Part shown: positions 18,673 through 27,693 of the stretch, piece by piece
Position numbering within the stretch: position 1 is the stretch's first letter
Layout of the letters: each line of letters opens with the position of its first letter
Assembly (NCBI GenBank): GCA_038254115.1
Contig: JBBSGK010000003.1
Location: 9,624-73,623, forward strand
Reading direction: 5' to 3'
Source of the DNA: Candidatus Levyibacteriota bacterium
GTDB lineage: Bacteria > Patescibacteriota > Microgenomatia > Levybacterales > UBA12049
DNA length: 64,000 nucleotides
Made by a program: the position numbers and the translations under genes
Notes under the pieces: model-generated
The model's input: the letters and a program-made list of their open reading frames with translations, nothing else
The model's database searches: none
What the model was told of the DNA's origin: nothing

Positions 18673-19609
18673 TTTCCTCCTTTTTATCAGTTGCTTTTGG
18701 CTCGGGCTCACTCACGCCTTCAGCAGTATCTGCCTTTGTTTTGTTCGTGTCTTCAGAAACCTTAACCTCTTCTGCTGGTGTTTCAACTGTTTCTGTAGCT
18801 GTAGCAACAGTATCTTTTGCTTCCTCAACAGTTTCTGGTGCTGTCTTAACTTCTTCCTCAGGTGTAACTACTGGTTGAGCTTCAGCTTTGGACTCTTCCT
18901 GAACTTCCGGAGCTGATTCCGCAACTTCAGCTACTGTTTCTTTATCACTAATTAATGGAACGAACTTTTTATTCTCGCCGGTTCTTGTTATATAAACCCA
19001 TGAATTTCTGTGTCCCGGAATCAGTCCTGAAACGTAAAGCAATTTAGCCTCCGCGTCAACATCAACAACAACCAAATTCTTAACGGTCACTGTATCACTA
19101 CCCATTCTCCCGGCCATTCTTTTTCCTTTATAGACTCTTCCCGGAGTCGTTGACTGCCCGATTGATCCAGGAGCTCTGTGTCTGTCGGATTGTCCGTGAG
19201 TTTTGGGACCGCCTCTGAAGTTATAACGCCGTACAACACCTGCAAAACCTTTTCCTTTTGAAGTGCCTGTTACCTGAACAATATCCCCTGGCTTAAATAC
19301 AGAATCAAGCGTTAACATATCTCCTGTTTTGGGCAAATCCTCATCGCTCAAGCCTTTAACTGAGATTTCTTTAATTTTTATAGAAGCTTCCTTAAGGCCT
19401 GCTTTTTTTGCGTGTCCCAAATAGGCTTTAATCGGTTTTTTCTTAACGCCTGCTCCCAACTGAATTGCAGAATAGGAATCTTTGTCCATAGTTTTCACTT
19501 GTAAAACCACGTTGTCAGAAACCGCAATTCCTGTAACGGGAACACGGAGTCCGTTTTCCAGAAAATTCTGAGTCTGTTCCATTTTTTGTCCGATAAGTGT
19601 TGTAATCAT
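18659..19609 (-). CDS. rplC: 50S ribosomal protein L3 with about 100-aa acidic low-complexity C-terminal tail
   Basis: TSKGKGFAGVVRRYNFRGGPKTHGQSDRHRAPGSIGQSTTPGRVYKGKRMAGRMG core; tail rich in E/T/V/A/P (AEVAESAPEVQEESKAEAQPVVTPEEEVK...). Confidence 0.95.
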   Translation of the reverse strand: MITTLIGQKMEQTQNFLENGLRVPVTGIAVSDNVVLQVKTMDKDSYSAIQLGAGVKKKPIKAYLGHAKKAGLKEASIKIKEISVKGLSDEDLPKTGDMLTLDSVFKPGDIVQVTGTSKGKGFAGVVRRYNFRGGPKTHGQSDRHRAPGSIGQSTTPGRVYKGKRMAGRMGSDTVTVKNLVVVDVDAEAKLLYVSGLIPGHRNSWVYITRTGENKKFVPLISDKETVAEVAESAPEVQEESKAEAQPVVTPEEEVKTAPETVEEAKDTVATATETVETPAEEVKVSEDTNKTKADTAEGVSEPEPKATDKKEENANS

Positions 19610-19614
19610 AAGTC

Positions 19615-19640
19615 AAAAAAAATAGCCCTTAAGGCTATTT
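19615..19640 (-). terminator. terminator-like hairpin (8-bp stem, 5-nt loop) followed by U8 tract ending 5 nt before the rplC start; possible attenuator
   Basis: minus strand reads AAATAGCC-TTAAG-GGCTATTT then TTTTTTTT GACTT ATG. Confidence 0.4.
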
Positions 19641-19763
19641 CATAATTCACAAATATTTGTGATCAGATCCCCTCTAAACGGGGTAGCTACGCTTAAGCAT
19701 TTTTAATCGATCTATCATTTTAATATTCAATTGTTGTTTGGGCATTTAAATTAAAATGTAAAA

Positions 19764-20072
19764 CTACATTTTTAGCTCTACATCGACTCCTGCCGGTAGT
19801 GCTAAATTTGTCAAACTGTCAATTGTTTTGTCTGTTGGTGACATAATATCAATCAGTCGCTTGTGAACCCGTATCTCAAAATGGTCTTTTGCATTTTTAT
19901 CAATAAAAGGTGATTTGTTCACAGCGTAGAGTGATCTATCAGTCGGAAGGGGAACCGGACCGACTACTTTGGCGCCAGTTCTTATGACCGAGTCAAGAAT
20001 TTGCTGACAACACGCATCCAAGACGCGCGCATCATAACTTTTTAATCTGACTCTGATTCTTCCTTTCGGCAT
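19764..20072 (-). CDS. rpsJ: 30S ribosomal protein S10
   Basis: MPKGRIRVRLKSYDARVLD... Confidence 0.95.
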   Translation of the reverse strand: MPKGRIRVRLKSYDARVLDACCQQILDSVIRTGAKVVGPVPLPTDRSLYAVNKSPFIDKNAKDHFEIRVHKRLIDIMSPTDKTIDSLTNLALPAGVDVELKM

Positions 20073-20132
20073 ATATCTCCTAACAAACTTTTAAAGAACA
20101 AACCCCCATTTCTGGGAGTACTTTTAAATTTC

Positions 20133-21314
20133 TTACTTAATTATCTTTGTAATAACTCCGGCTCCGACTGTCTTTCCACCTTCACGTATTGCGTATCGGA
20201 GCCCTTCTTCAAGAGCAACAGGCACAATAAGCTTTACTGTCATCTTTGTGTTGTCGCCAGGCATAACCATTTCAACACCTGTTGGGAGAGTTGCTGTTCC
20301 TGTAACGTCAGTTGTTCTGATATAAAATTGTGGGCGGTATCCTGTAAAGAATGGTGTGTGACGTCCGCCTTCTTCTTTTGTGAGGATATATGCTTCTGCT
20401 TCAAATTCTGTGTGAGGAGTGATACTACCTGGCTTTGCAATAACCTGACCGCGCTCTACGTCAGTTTTTTCAAGACCGCGGAGAAGAAGCCCTACATTGT
20501 CTCCTGCTTGTCCGTCATCAAGCTGTTTCTTAAACATCTCGACTCCGGTTACAACTGATTCTTTATTTTTATCAAGTCCTACTACTGATACAGCTTCATT
20601 TACCTTAACAACTCCTCTTTCAATTCTTCCTGTTACTACGGTTCCGCGTCCCTTGATTGAGAAAACATCCTCAACAGGCATCAGGAAAGGCTTATCAAGC
20701 GCGCGCTCCGGAGTTGGAATATATTCATCTACTTTATTCATAAGCTCTGTGATAGCTTTTTCAGCATCTGCATCTCCTTCAAGAGCTTTAAGAGCAGATC
20801 CACGGATTATAGGAGTCGTTTCGCCTGGATATTCATATTTCGTGAGGAGTTCGCGGACTTCCATTTCGACCAAATCCAAAAGTTCCTCATCTTGTACCAT
20901 ATCGCATTTGTTAAGAAAAACAAGAATTGAAGGAACACCGACTTGCTTTGCAAGAAGGATATGCTCTCTTGTCTGAGGCATAGGTCCATCCGGTGCACTG
21001 ACAACCAAAATCGCTCCGTCCATCTGAGCGGCACCCGTAATCATGTTTTTAACATAATCTGCGTGACCCGGAGCGTCAATGTGTGCGTAGTGACGTTTTT
21101 CTGTTTCGTATTCTAAGTGGGAAATGTTAATCGTGACTCCGCGGGCTTTTTCTTCAGGGGCGTTATCAATATCCTCATACTTCATCGCCTTTGATCCTCC
21201 GGTTTTGGAAAGAACTGTTGCGATAGCAGCAGAAAGAGTGGTCTTGCCGTGATCGACGTGACCGATTGTTCCTATGTTTACGTGTGGTTTGTTTCTATTA
21301 AATTTGTCAGCCAT
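20133..21314 (-). CDS. tuf: elongation factor Tu
   Basis: [23 protein letters not shown]-motifs; full-length 393 aa. Confidence 0.97.
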   Translation of the reverse strand: MADKFNRNKPHVNIGTIGHVDHGKTTLSAAIATVLSKTGGSKAMKYEDIDNAPEEKARGVTINISHLEYETEKRHYAHIDAPGHADYVKNMITGAAQMDGAILVVSAPDGPMPQTREHILLAKQVGVPSILVFLNKCDMVQDEELLDLVEMEVRELLTKYEYPGETTPIIRGSALKALEGDADAEKAITELMNKVDEYIPTPERALDKPFLMPVEDVFSIKGRGTVVTGRIERGVVKVNEAVSVVGLDKNKESVVTGVEMFKKQLDDGQAGDNVGLLLRGLEKTDVERGQVIAKPGSITPHTEFEAEAYILTKEEGGRHTPFFTGYRPQFYIRTTDVTGTATLPTGVEMVMPGDNTKMTVKLIVPVALEEGLRYAIREGGKTVGAGVITKIIK

Positions 21315-21371
21315 ATGGTTTTTGTTACAAAAAAATAAATCTCATCTCTCGATGAGAGTGAATGTAGGAAT

Positions 21372-21400
21372 ATAATACAATATTTTCCCCGCACCGTCAA
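21372..21400 (-). promoter_or_regulatory. sigma70-like promoter for tuf (TTGACG-N17-TATTAT); the -35 box lies in the loop of a 7-bp hairpin (21383-21409) that may terminate the upstream gene
   Basis: minus-strand TTGACG at 21395-21400, TATTAT at 21372-21377, 17-nt spacer. Confidence 0.45.
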
Positions 21401-21411
21401 GAGGGAAAATA

Positions 21412-22515
21412 TCAAAAATACGAATAGGCCCAGAAGCTAAAGTTATTTATCCCTTTTTCCTGAAGATACTTTTTTTTCTTTGCTACAGATTCAAGATCTT
21501 CAAACCACAGAATATGCTTTTTATTATCTCCATCTGTATATGTAATTTCTGTCTCCACAGAATCATTTTTTCTTTTAATATCACAATCTTTATGTTTACA
21601 ACCATTTAAAAATTCTTTTTTAATCTGCTGGTATGTCTTTGCCTCACCCGATGACGCAGCGCTTCCTTTATCATCAACTGTCCAGTCGTATCCAAATAGC
21701 CCAAACGCAACGCTTGTCTTTTCAGGAGGCAAGAATTGTAAAAAGTCCTCACTCATGCGGGCCATATCATATCCATAAATCTCTTTGCCTTTTAATGGAA
21801 AATTGGGCCCTGGATTACCGCGGGACTTACTGAAATCATAAGCCATGATAAGAAAGCTATCTGCATTCTTTGATAAAGCTTTTATATCAAACGGGCGTAG
21901 CCGGTAAAAAGAATCGCCATAAAGCATAAGGGAAAAATGCAGGTTTTTATTTTTTGCTTCCCCATAAAACCTATTTGTAAATTCATTTATTTGCTTGATT
22001 AATGAATCAAATGGAACTGCCGATACTTCCAAGTCTAGGACAATGCCTGAAAATCCATTTTCCTTTGCAATAGAAATAGAATCTTTGATGATAGAACTCT
22101 GCCTTGCCTGGTCTTTTAAAATTGCAAAATTTGTATTTGAATCAATCATTCGGATCACCAGTTCTGTCCGGTGCCCATTGGGCACTGATGCTACAAATTT
22201 ATCAATTCCCGTATATCCTGCTTCGGTTTTATTGATGCCATTGGTGCCTGGGGTAATACCAAAATAAAGAATATTTTTAAAATCTCCTGCATCAATTTTG
22301 TCACTACCAACGGCCCAATAGGGCACAAATAGAGACTGAGATATATCAATGCTCTTCGCTCCTTTTACCTGTTTTAGTGAGGGCGCCGGGCTTGGGGTTG
22401 AAGAAGGAAGAGAAACAGGCTTTGCCAAGTCATTGCTTACGCTTTGACGGACATATTTAAACCCCAAAAAAGCGATAATACCGAATACGATAAGCAGGAA
22501 AAAGAGCTTCCGCAT
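21412..22515 (-). CDS. membrane-anchored GH18-like (chitinase-like) domain protein with degenerate catalytic motif
   Basis: N-terminal TM; FSGIVLDLE resembles GH18 DGxDxDWE with the first two Asp replaced; LIMAYDF resembles the GH18 MxYD motif. Confidence 0.5.
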   Translation of the reverse strand: MRKLFFLLIVFGIIAFLGFKYVRQSVSNDLAKPVSLPSSTPSPAPSLKQVKGAKSIDISQSLFVPYWAVGSDKIDAGDFKNILYFGITPGTNGINKTEAGYTGIDKFVASVPNGHRTELVIRMIDSNTNFAILKDQARQSSIIKDSISIAKENGFSGIVLDLEVSAVPFDSLIKQINEFTNRFYGEAKNKNLHFSLMLYGDSFYRLRPFDIKALSKNADSFLIMAYDFSKSRGNPGPNFPLKGKEIYGYDMARMSEDFLQFLPPEKTSVAFGLFGYDWTVDDKGSAASSGEAKTYQQIKKEFLNGCKHKDCDIKRKNDSVETEITYTDGDNKKHILWFEDLESVAKKKKYLQEKGINNFSFWAYSYF

Positions 22516-22567
22516 CTCCCTATTATACCTAATCTATCTTTCGCCCACAAACTGCCAGCAAGCCATG

Positions 22568-23233
22568 TTATTTTTTAATAATTTGGAAATTTTCTTCTTT
22601 GGGGAGATTTTCAAAACGCGAAAGAATGCGATCCACATCATGCCTTTGAGATGCATGGGCATGCATTGCCCTAACTTTTGTCTCCCAGATGCTTTCAATA
22701 TCAATCTTTTTTGAGATTTCAGATTCTCCGTATCCCGGGGGCCAATAAATAAAGTATTCCTTTACTTTTTTCCGCTGCTCTTCTGTGTAGCAGAAATACC
22801 AAAGCTCCTTTACTGATTTTGCCCTTTCAAAAACATATGATGTGATCATAGAAGTCGCCACGTGATCAATGTGTCCCGTGACTCCGCGGGGTTCAAATGT
22901 GATAAGAATTTCCGGCTTTAAATCATCAACTAAATTCTTAATTTTCCCAGCTATTTCATGGTAGAGATTGTTGGAGAGAGTCCCGTCTTTGTAGCCTAGA
23001 AAAAAAGTCTTTTTAATTCCAAGTATTTTCGCTGCCTCCAATAATTCCGCTTTCCGAATTTCCTCCAAACTCAATTGCTCAGAATCTGACTTATCCAAAC
23101 TATTCTCCCCTGCATCGCCATTGGTAATACAAATTGTATAGACGTCATGATCCTGGGCAAGAGTAGCGATGGTCCCGCCTGTAAAAAAAGCTTCATCATC
23201 CGGATGCGCAAAAACCCCAAGAACAGTACTCAT
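22568..23233 (-). CDS. PIG-L/LmbE family N-acetylglucosaminyl deacetylase
   Basis: N-terminal AHPDDE motif and HxDH signature of the LmbE-like family. Confidence 0.8.
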   Translation of the reverse strand: MSTVLGVFAHPDDEAFFTGGTIATLAQDHDVYTICITNGDAGENSLDKSDSEQLSLEEIRKAELLEAAKILGIKKTFFLGYKDGTLSNNLYHEIAGKIKNLVDDLKPEILITFEPRGVTGHIDHVATSMITSYVFERAKSVKELWYFCYTEEQRKKVKEYFIYWPPGYGESEISKKIDIESIWETKVRAMHAHASQRHDVDRILSRFENLPKEENFQIIKK

Positions 23234-23278
23234 GTGGATATTATAACAAACCTTACATTCTATAATGTAGAGTTATAA

Positions 23279-23827
23279 TTAATCTTCAAGGAAATAAACA
23301 TTATCCACTCTGTTATCATAAGCTTTGGTAGCAGTTTTTTTAAAACCTACGGATTCATACAAGTTTTGTACATAATTATTCCAATCTTCTGAATTGGTCT
23401 GAACTGCAAATTTTAATTTACCAGAGAGTTCTTTAAAGCCCAGAGGCGAATTATAGGAAATAAAAGTTTGAAGTAAAAATTTTCCAAGACCTTGTTTTTG
23501 ATAATTACTGTTTACCGCAAAACTATTTATGTATATGCAATTTTCCGAATACTGCTCGTTATTCTCTTTTTCCCTTTCTGACGCTATTATAACTCCTGCC
23601 AATTTTTGGTTTTCATCAAACCCAATAAGGCTATGTTTCCATTTTTCATGCAATTTACGCTCACCTTTAAAATCAGAAAGTAATTCTTCTCTTGTTTGAG
23701 ACGCAGAAAGAGGAATCTGATTCACCACAGAATTAATCTGGGCTGCATATTCTTCAGCTAGATCACGAGTAAGAAGATATATTTGGAATTGTTTGTATTC
23801 AGCTACGATTGGGGGCTTAAGACTCAT
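23279..23827 (-). CDS. GNAT family N-acetyltransferase
   Basis: acetyl-CoA binding motif region IYINSFAVNSNYQKQGLGKFLL (Q/RxxGxG/A). Confidence 0.7.
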   Translation of the reverse strand: MSLKPPIVAEYKQFQIYLLTRDLAEEYAAQINSVVNQIPLSASQTREELLSDFKGERKLHEKWKHSLIGFDENQKLAGVIIASEREKENNEQYSENCIYINSFAVNSNYQKQGLGKFLLQTFISYNSPLGFKELSGKLKFAVQTNSEDWNNYVQNLYESVGFKKTATKAYDNRVDNVYFLED

Positions 23828-23853
23828 GAGAATATTATAGCTGAAATTCGAGC

Positions 23854-25980
23854 TTACTCAACTCTTCCCGTAAATGTGGATTTTGCGAGGAGACCCTCGA
23901 CGATGTTTTTGGGGACTGGGTCATAGTGCGATGGCTCCATGTAGTAATGCGCTCTTCCCTGAGTCAAACTCCGAAGCTGTGTCGCATATCCTGAGAATTC
24001 TGCAAGCGGGACCATGGCCATGATAATCGTAGCTTTGTTTTTTTCTTCAGATCCCAAAATTTGCGCGCGCTTTGATGATAAATCTCCGATTACTTCTCCC
24101 ATGTATTCAGAAGGAGTTGTCACTTCAACCTTCATGATTGGTTCCAAAAGTGTAATTCCTGATTTTTTGGTGGCTGCTTGAATTGCTTGTGACGCTGCGA
24201 TTTTAAATGCAATTTCTGAGCTATCAACATCATGGTACGAGCCGTCGTAGCAAGTAACCTGCACATCAATCAACGGATATCCAAGAAGTACTCCATTCTC
24301 AAGTGTTTCTTTAGCTCCTTTTTCGACTGCTTTGACAAATTCGGCAGGAATGGCCCCACCTTTTATAGCATTAACAAACGAATAGCCCTCGCCTCTTGGT
24401 ACAGGTGAAACTCTCAGATAACAATGCCCGTATTGTCCGCGTCCTCCTGATTGCTTGATGTATTTTCCTTCAGCTTCAGCTTCCTGCTCAATTGTTTCTT
24501 TATATGCAACTTGTGGCGCTCCGACATTGGCCTCAACGCCAAACTCACGCTTCATCCTATCAACCATGATCTCAAGCTGCAATTCTCCAATTCCTGAAAT
24601 AATTGTTTGTCCTGTTTCGTGATTTGACTTAACAGAAAATGTCGGGTCTTCCTCAGTCAATCTTTTAATTGAGAACCCGAGTTTCTCCTGATCGGATTTT
24701 GTCTTTGGTTCAATAGCAAGTGAGATAACGGGCTCAGGGAAGGTGATCTGTTCAAGAACAATAGGCTTTGCCTCATCACAAAGAGTGTCTCCGGTTATTG
24801 TCTCTTTAAGACCAACAATCGCGACAATTTCACCGGCATATGCTTCTTTTATCTCCTCGCGGTTATTGGCATGCATCAGAAGAATCCTGCCTACCCGCTC
24901 TTTGACACCCTTTGTACTATTATATATGTATGATCCCGATACAAGCGTTCCCGAATAAACCCGGAAATATGAAAGCTTACCAACATGCGGGTCATTTTGG
25001 ATTTTAAAAGCAAGTCCTGAGAAAGGGGCATCAGGAACAAGTTGGCGGATTTCCTCGTCGCCCGTTTTTGGATTTTTTCCTTTTACTTCTTTCAAATCAA
25101 CAGGTGATGGAAGATAATCAACAACTGCATCCAAAAGAGGCTGGACTCCTTTATTTCTAAGACTTGTTCCTGCATAAATTGGGACGAGTTTATAATCAAT
25201 AACAGCTTGTCTTAATGCTTTTTTGAGCTCCTCGACTGTCGGCTCTTCACCTCCAAGGTATTTCTCCAAAAGCGTGTCATCAGTTTCTGAAATCTTCTCA
25301 ATCAATTTTGAGCGGTACTCCTCGACTTTATCCTTCAAATCCTCTGGTACTTCGTCTTTTACTTCATATTTTGCCCCCAACTCTTCTGAACCCCAAATAT
25401 ATGATTGGCGTGTGAGTAGATCAACATTTCCGACATATGTGTTTTCAGCACCAATCGGGATAACCATGATTGCGCAATTTGCGCCAAGTCTGTCCTCAAT
25501 AGTGCCAACAGTATAGAGAAAATCAGCACCGAGCTTATCCATTTTATTAACGAAACAAATTCTAGGCACTTTATATTTATCGGCTTGACGCCAGACTGTT
25601 TCTGATTGAGACTGGACTCCTTCTTCTGCATCCAAAACCGTAACTCCACCGTCAAGAACACGGAGAGATCTCTCAACTTCTGCTGTAAAATCAACGTGTC
25701 CCGGGGTATCGATAATGTTTATACGGTATGGATCAGTCGGGTTTTGTGAGTGTGTCCAGAAAGCAGTCGTTGCGGCTGACACAATAGTAATTCCGCGCTC
25801 TTTTTCCTGCTCCATCCAGTCCATCTGCGTATTTCCCTCGTCAATATCTCCGATTTTATAGGTTTTGCCGGTATAGAAAAGAATGCGCTCGGTAGTTGTG
25901 GTTTTACCGGCGTCAATATGGGCAATTATTCCGATGTTGCGGATCTTATCTAGTGGTACGTTTCGTGATTGCTCAGCCAT
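23854..25980 (-). CDS. fusA: elongation factor G
   Basis: [25 protein letters not shown]-motifs and EF-G domains II-V; start trimmed to ATG at 25978-25980 (MAEQSRN...); no rpsL/rpsG upstream. Confidence 0.95.
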   Translation of the reverse strand: MAEQSRNVPLDKIRNIGIIAHIDAGKTTTTERILFYTGKTYKIGDIDEGNTQMDWMEQEKERGITIVSAATTAFWTHSQNPTDPYRINIIDTPGHVDFTAEVERSLRVLDGGVTVLDAEEGVQSQSETVWRQADKYKVPRICFVNKMDKLGADFLYTVGTIEDRLGANCAIMVIPIGAENTYVGNVDLLTRQSYIWGSEELGAKYEVKDEVPEDLKDKVEEYRSKLIEKISETDDTLLEKYLGGEEPTVEELKKALRQAVIDYKLVPIYAGTSLRNKGVQPLLDAVVDYLPSPVDLKEVKGKNPKTGDEEIRQLVPDAPFSGLAFKIQNDPHVGKLSYFRVYSGTLVSGSYIYNSTKGVKERVGRILLMHANNREEIKEAYAGEIVAIVGLKETITGDTLCDEAKPIVLEQITFPEPVISLAIEPKTKSDQEKLGFSIKRLTEEDPTFSVKSNHETGQTIISGIGELQLEIMVDRMKREFGVEANVGAPQVAYKETIEQEAEAEGKYIKQSGGRGQYGHCYLRVSPVPRGEGYSFVNAIKGGAIPAEFVKAVEKGAKETLENGVLLGYPLIDVQVTCYDGSYHDVDSSEIAFKIAASQAIQAATKKSGITLLEPIMKVEVTTPSEYMGEVIGDLSSKRAQILGSEEKNKATIIMAMVPLAEFSGYATQLRSLTQGRAHYYMEPSHYDPVPKNIVEGLLAKSTFTGRVE

Positions 25981-25985
25981 AATAA

Positions 25986-26100
25986 AAAAGTTAAAAGTGC
26001 AAAGTGAAAAGTCCAAAGTTACAATGAAAAATTAAAAAACTCAACTTCAAACCGTAACTTTTAACTTTTAATTTTGAACCTTTAACTACTGAGAGTATAA
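25986..26100. repeat. inverted heptamer arrays (AAAAGTT AAAAGTG CAAAGTG AAAAGTC CAAAGTT ... AACTTTT AACTTTT AATTTTG AACCTTT) in the fusA leader; shares the 19-mer AAAGTGCAAAGTGAAAAGT with the 3193-3211 spacer
   Basis: read directly from the sequence. Confidence 0.7.
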
Positions 26101-26102
26101 CA
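26094..26102 (-). promoter_or_regulatory. extended -10 promoter element (TGtTATACT) for fusA
   Basis: minus-strand TGTTATACT about 110 nt upstream of the fusA ATG; the leader contains the heptamer palindrome. Confidence 0.3.
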
Positions 26103-26146
26103 CATCTATAGCTTGTTTTCCAGAAAAGAAACACTGTTTGTTTTCT

Positions 26147-26175
26147 TTGACTTTTTTCCCTTGATTACATATGCT
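26147..26175 (+). promoter_or_regulatory. sigma70-like promoter for the pilN operon (TTGACT-N17-TATGCT)
   Basis: TTGACT 26147-26152, TATGCT 26170-26175. Confidence 0.35.
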
Positions 26176-26210
26176 AAAAGTAGTCGCAAGAAACTTGCGA
26201 TTTTATTGGT

Positions 26211-26747
26211 ATGGCAGAGAAAGTTAAATCCATAAATTTGCTTCCCCATAAAGGAGAAGGTTTCCTTGACCAATTTTTCAACTGGGCCCTGACCATAGGA
26301 CGTCTCTTGATCATACTTACAGAAACTCTCGCTCTTGGAACTTTTCTTTACAGGTTTTCTCTGGATATGAAAATCACAGATCTACACGATGTGATAAAAA
26401 ATCAACGGGCTATTGTTGAACAATTCAAAGGCACTGAGGAGACTGCCCGCAATCTTCAGTTGAGGCTTGCTTTTGCCCAAAAGTATGATGCAGTTGGAGG
26501 GATGACACCTAGTATATTTGCCGAAATTGTTGAGATGGGACGCGGTATTATCACTTTTAAGATTCTTACTGTCGCAACGGGTGATATAAAAATCGAGGCA
26601 CAAGCGCCAAACAGCAGCAACCTTAGTCTCTTTGTAAACAAACTTAAAAATTCACCTGAAATAGCATCTGTAAGCGTTGATGGTGTTGAAAATAAAACAA
26701 GCAGCTCGCTGATTATTATGAATATAACAGCACATTTAAAAAAATGA
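26211..26747 (+). CDS. pilN: type IV pilus assembly protein PilN-like
   Basis: N-terminal INLLP motif followed by a single TM helix and a periplasmic domain; size 178 aa. Confidence 0.6.
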   Translation: MAEKVKSINLLPHKGEGFLDQFFNWALTIGRLLIILTETLALGTFLYRFSLDMKITDLHDVIKNQRAIVEQFKGTEETARNLQLRLAFAQKYDAVGGMTPSIFAEIVEMGRGIITFKILTVATGDIKIEAQAPNSSNLSLFVNKLKNSPEIASVSVDGVENKTSSSLIIMNITAHLKK

Positions 26748-26762
26748 CGTTATAATTAAATT

Positions 26763-27377
26763 ATGAAACTTCCAAAAAATTATTTTGAAAATTTAACAGT
26801 AAGCAGATACCGTCAATATCTAAAACTTTTGCCGGACATGCACCAGGAAAATACAAGAATTATAACAACGCTCATTCTCACTTTTGCGGCTATGTCATTT
26901 TTTGGAGTTTTTGCCATTAACCCGACGCTTTCAACTATTGTGACGCTTAAAAAACAACTTTCAGATAGTCAATTGGTTCATGAAAAATTGGGAATAAAAA
27001 TTAACAATCTCAGCTCACTTCAGCAGCAGTATGGTCAATTGACTCCTGATTTACCGGTTGTTTTTGACGCCATCCCGGAGTCCCCACAAGCCCCAGGTCT
27101 AATGGGAAAAATTTTTGCCTTATCTCAAAAGATGAAGGTGCAGACAACATCTCTGGCCGTATCAAACGTACAAATAATAGGAGGGAAAGCACTTGATGAG
27201 CCATCATATGCTTTTTCTTTGCAAGCACAAGGTCCGTACGCGGATCTTATAAATTTTTCAAAAGCATTAACAAAAATTAACCGTATAATAAGCGTTGAGT
27301 CGCTTTCTATAAATAAAGACCCTAAACTGAATATCCTTATTCTAGATATTCACGGCCGGGGATATTTCAAAAAATGA
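26763..27377 (+). CDS. pilO: type IV pilus assembly protein PilO-like
   Basis: N-terminal TM, coiled-coil (LKKQLSDSQLVHEKL), periplasmic domain; adjacent to pilN. Confidence 0.5.
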   Translation: MKLPKNYFENLTVSRYRQYLKLLPDMHQENTRIITTLILTFAAMSFFGVFAINPTLSTIVTLKKQLSDSQLVHEKLGIKINNLSSLQQQYGQLTPDLPVVFDAIPESPQAPGLMGKIFALSQKMKVQTTSLAVSNVQIIGGKALDEPSYAFSLQAQGPYADLINFSKALTKINRIISVESLSINKDPKLNILILDIHGRGYFKK

Positions 27378-27381
27378 TCTT

Positions 27382-27693
27382 ATGAAAAAAAATAGAGCTC
27401 AAAAAGACATACTTTATCTTTCAATTTCATCTTTTGTGTTAGTTGTTTTATGGATTGGTTTTAATCTATATCATAACTACGTAACAACCACCATAGCACC
27501 TGATCTGCAACTTGAAATTGCGCCGATTGAGCCATCATTTAATACCGAAATAATCAATAATCTTAAGGCGCGCACGCGAATTGAGCCCCTTTATGAGTAC
27601 AAGAATAATCAAGCCAGCCCAACAGTAAGCCCTGATCCTGCCACTCAAGAAACATCTAAAGCAACTAATTCTGGCGAAAGGCGCGGACAATGA
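27382..27693 (+). CDS. small single-pass membrane protein (possible PilP-like accessory)
   Basis: 103 aa, one TM (LYLSISSFVLVVLWIGF), S/T/P-rich tail. Confidence 0.35.
   Translation: MKKNRAQKDILYLSISSFVLVVLWIGFNLYHNYVTTTIAPDLQLEIAPIEPSFNTEIINNLKARTRIEPLYEYKNNQASPTVSPDPATQETSKATNSGERRGQ

Noticed and set aside
20328-21034. ORFs on both strands inside tuf (20497-20976 +, 20807-21034 -, etc.)
   Set aside because: Internal/antisense to EF-Tu.
24743-25925. Several short ORFs within fusA
   Set aside because: Internal/antisense to EF-G.
19610-26210. Search for tRNA/rRNA/other structured RNA genes in the larger intergenic regions (19610-19763, 21315-21411, 26017-26210, 49749-49898, 54970-55125)
   Set aside because: All are AT-rich with no cloverleaf-compatible GC-rich stems; none is long enough for RNase P RNA or tmRNA; no RNA gene called.
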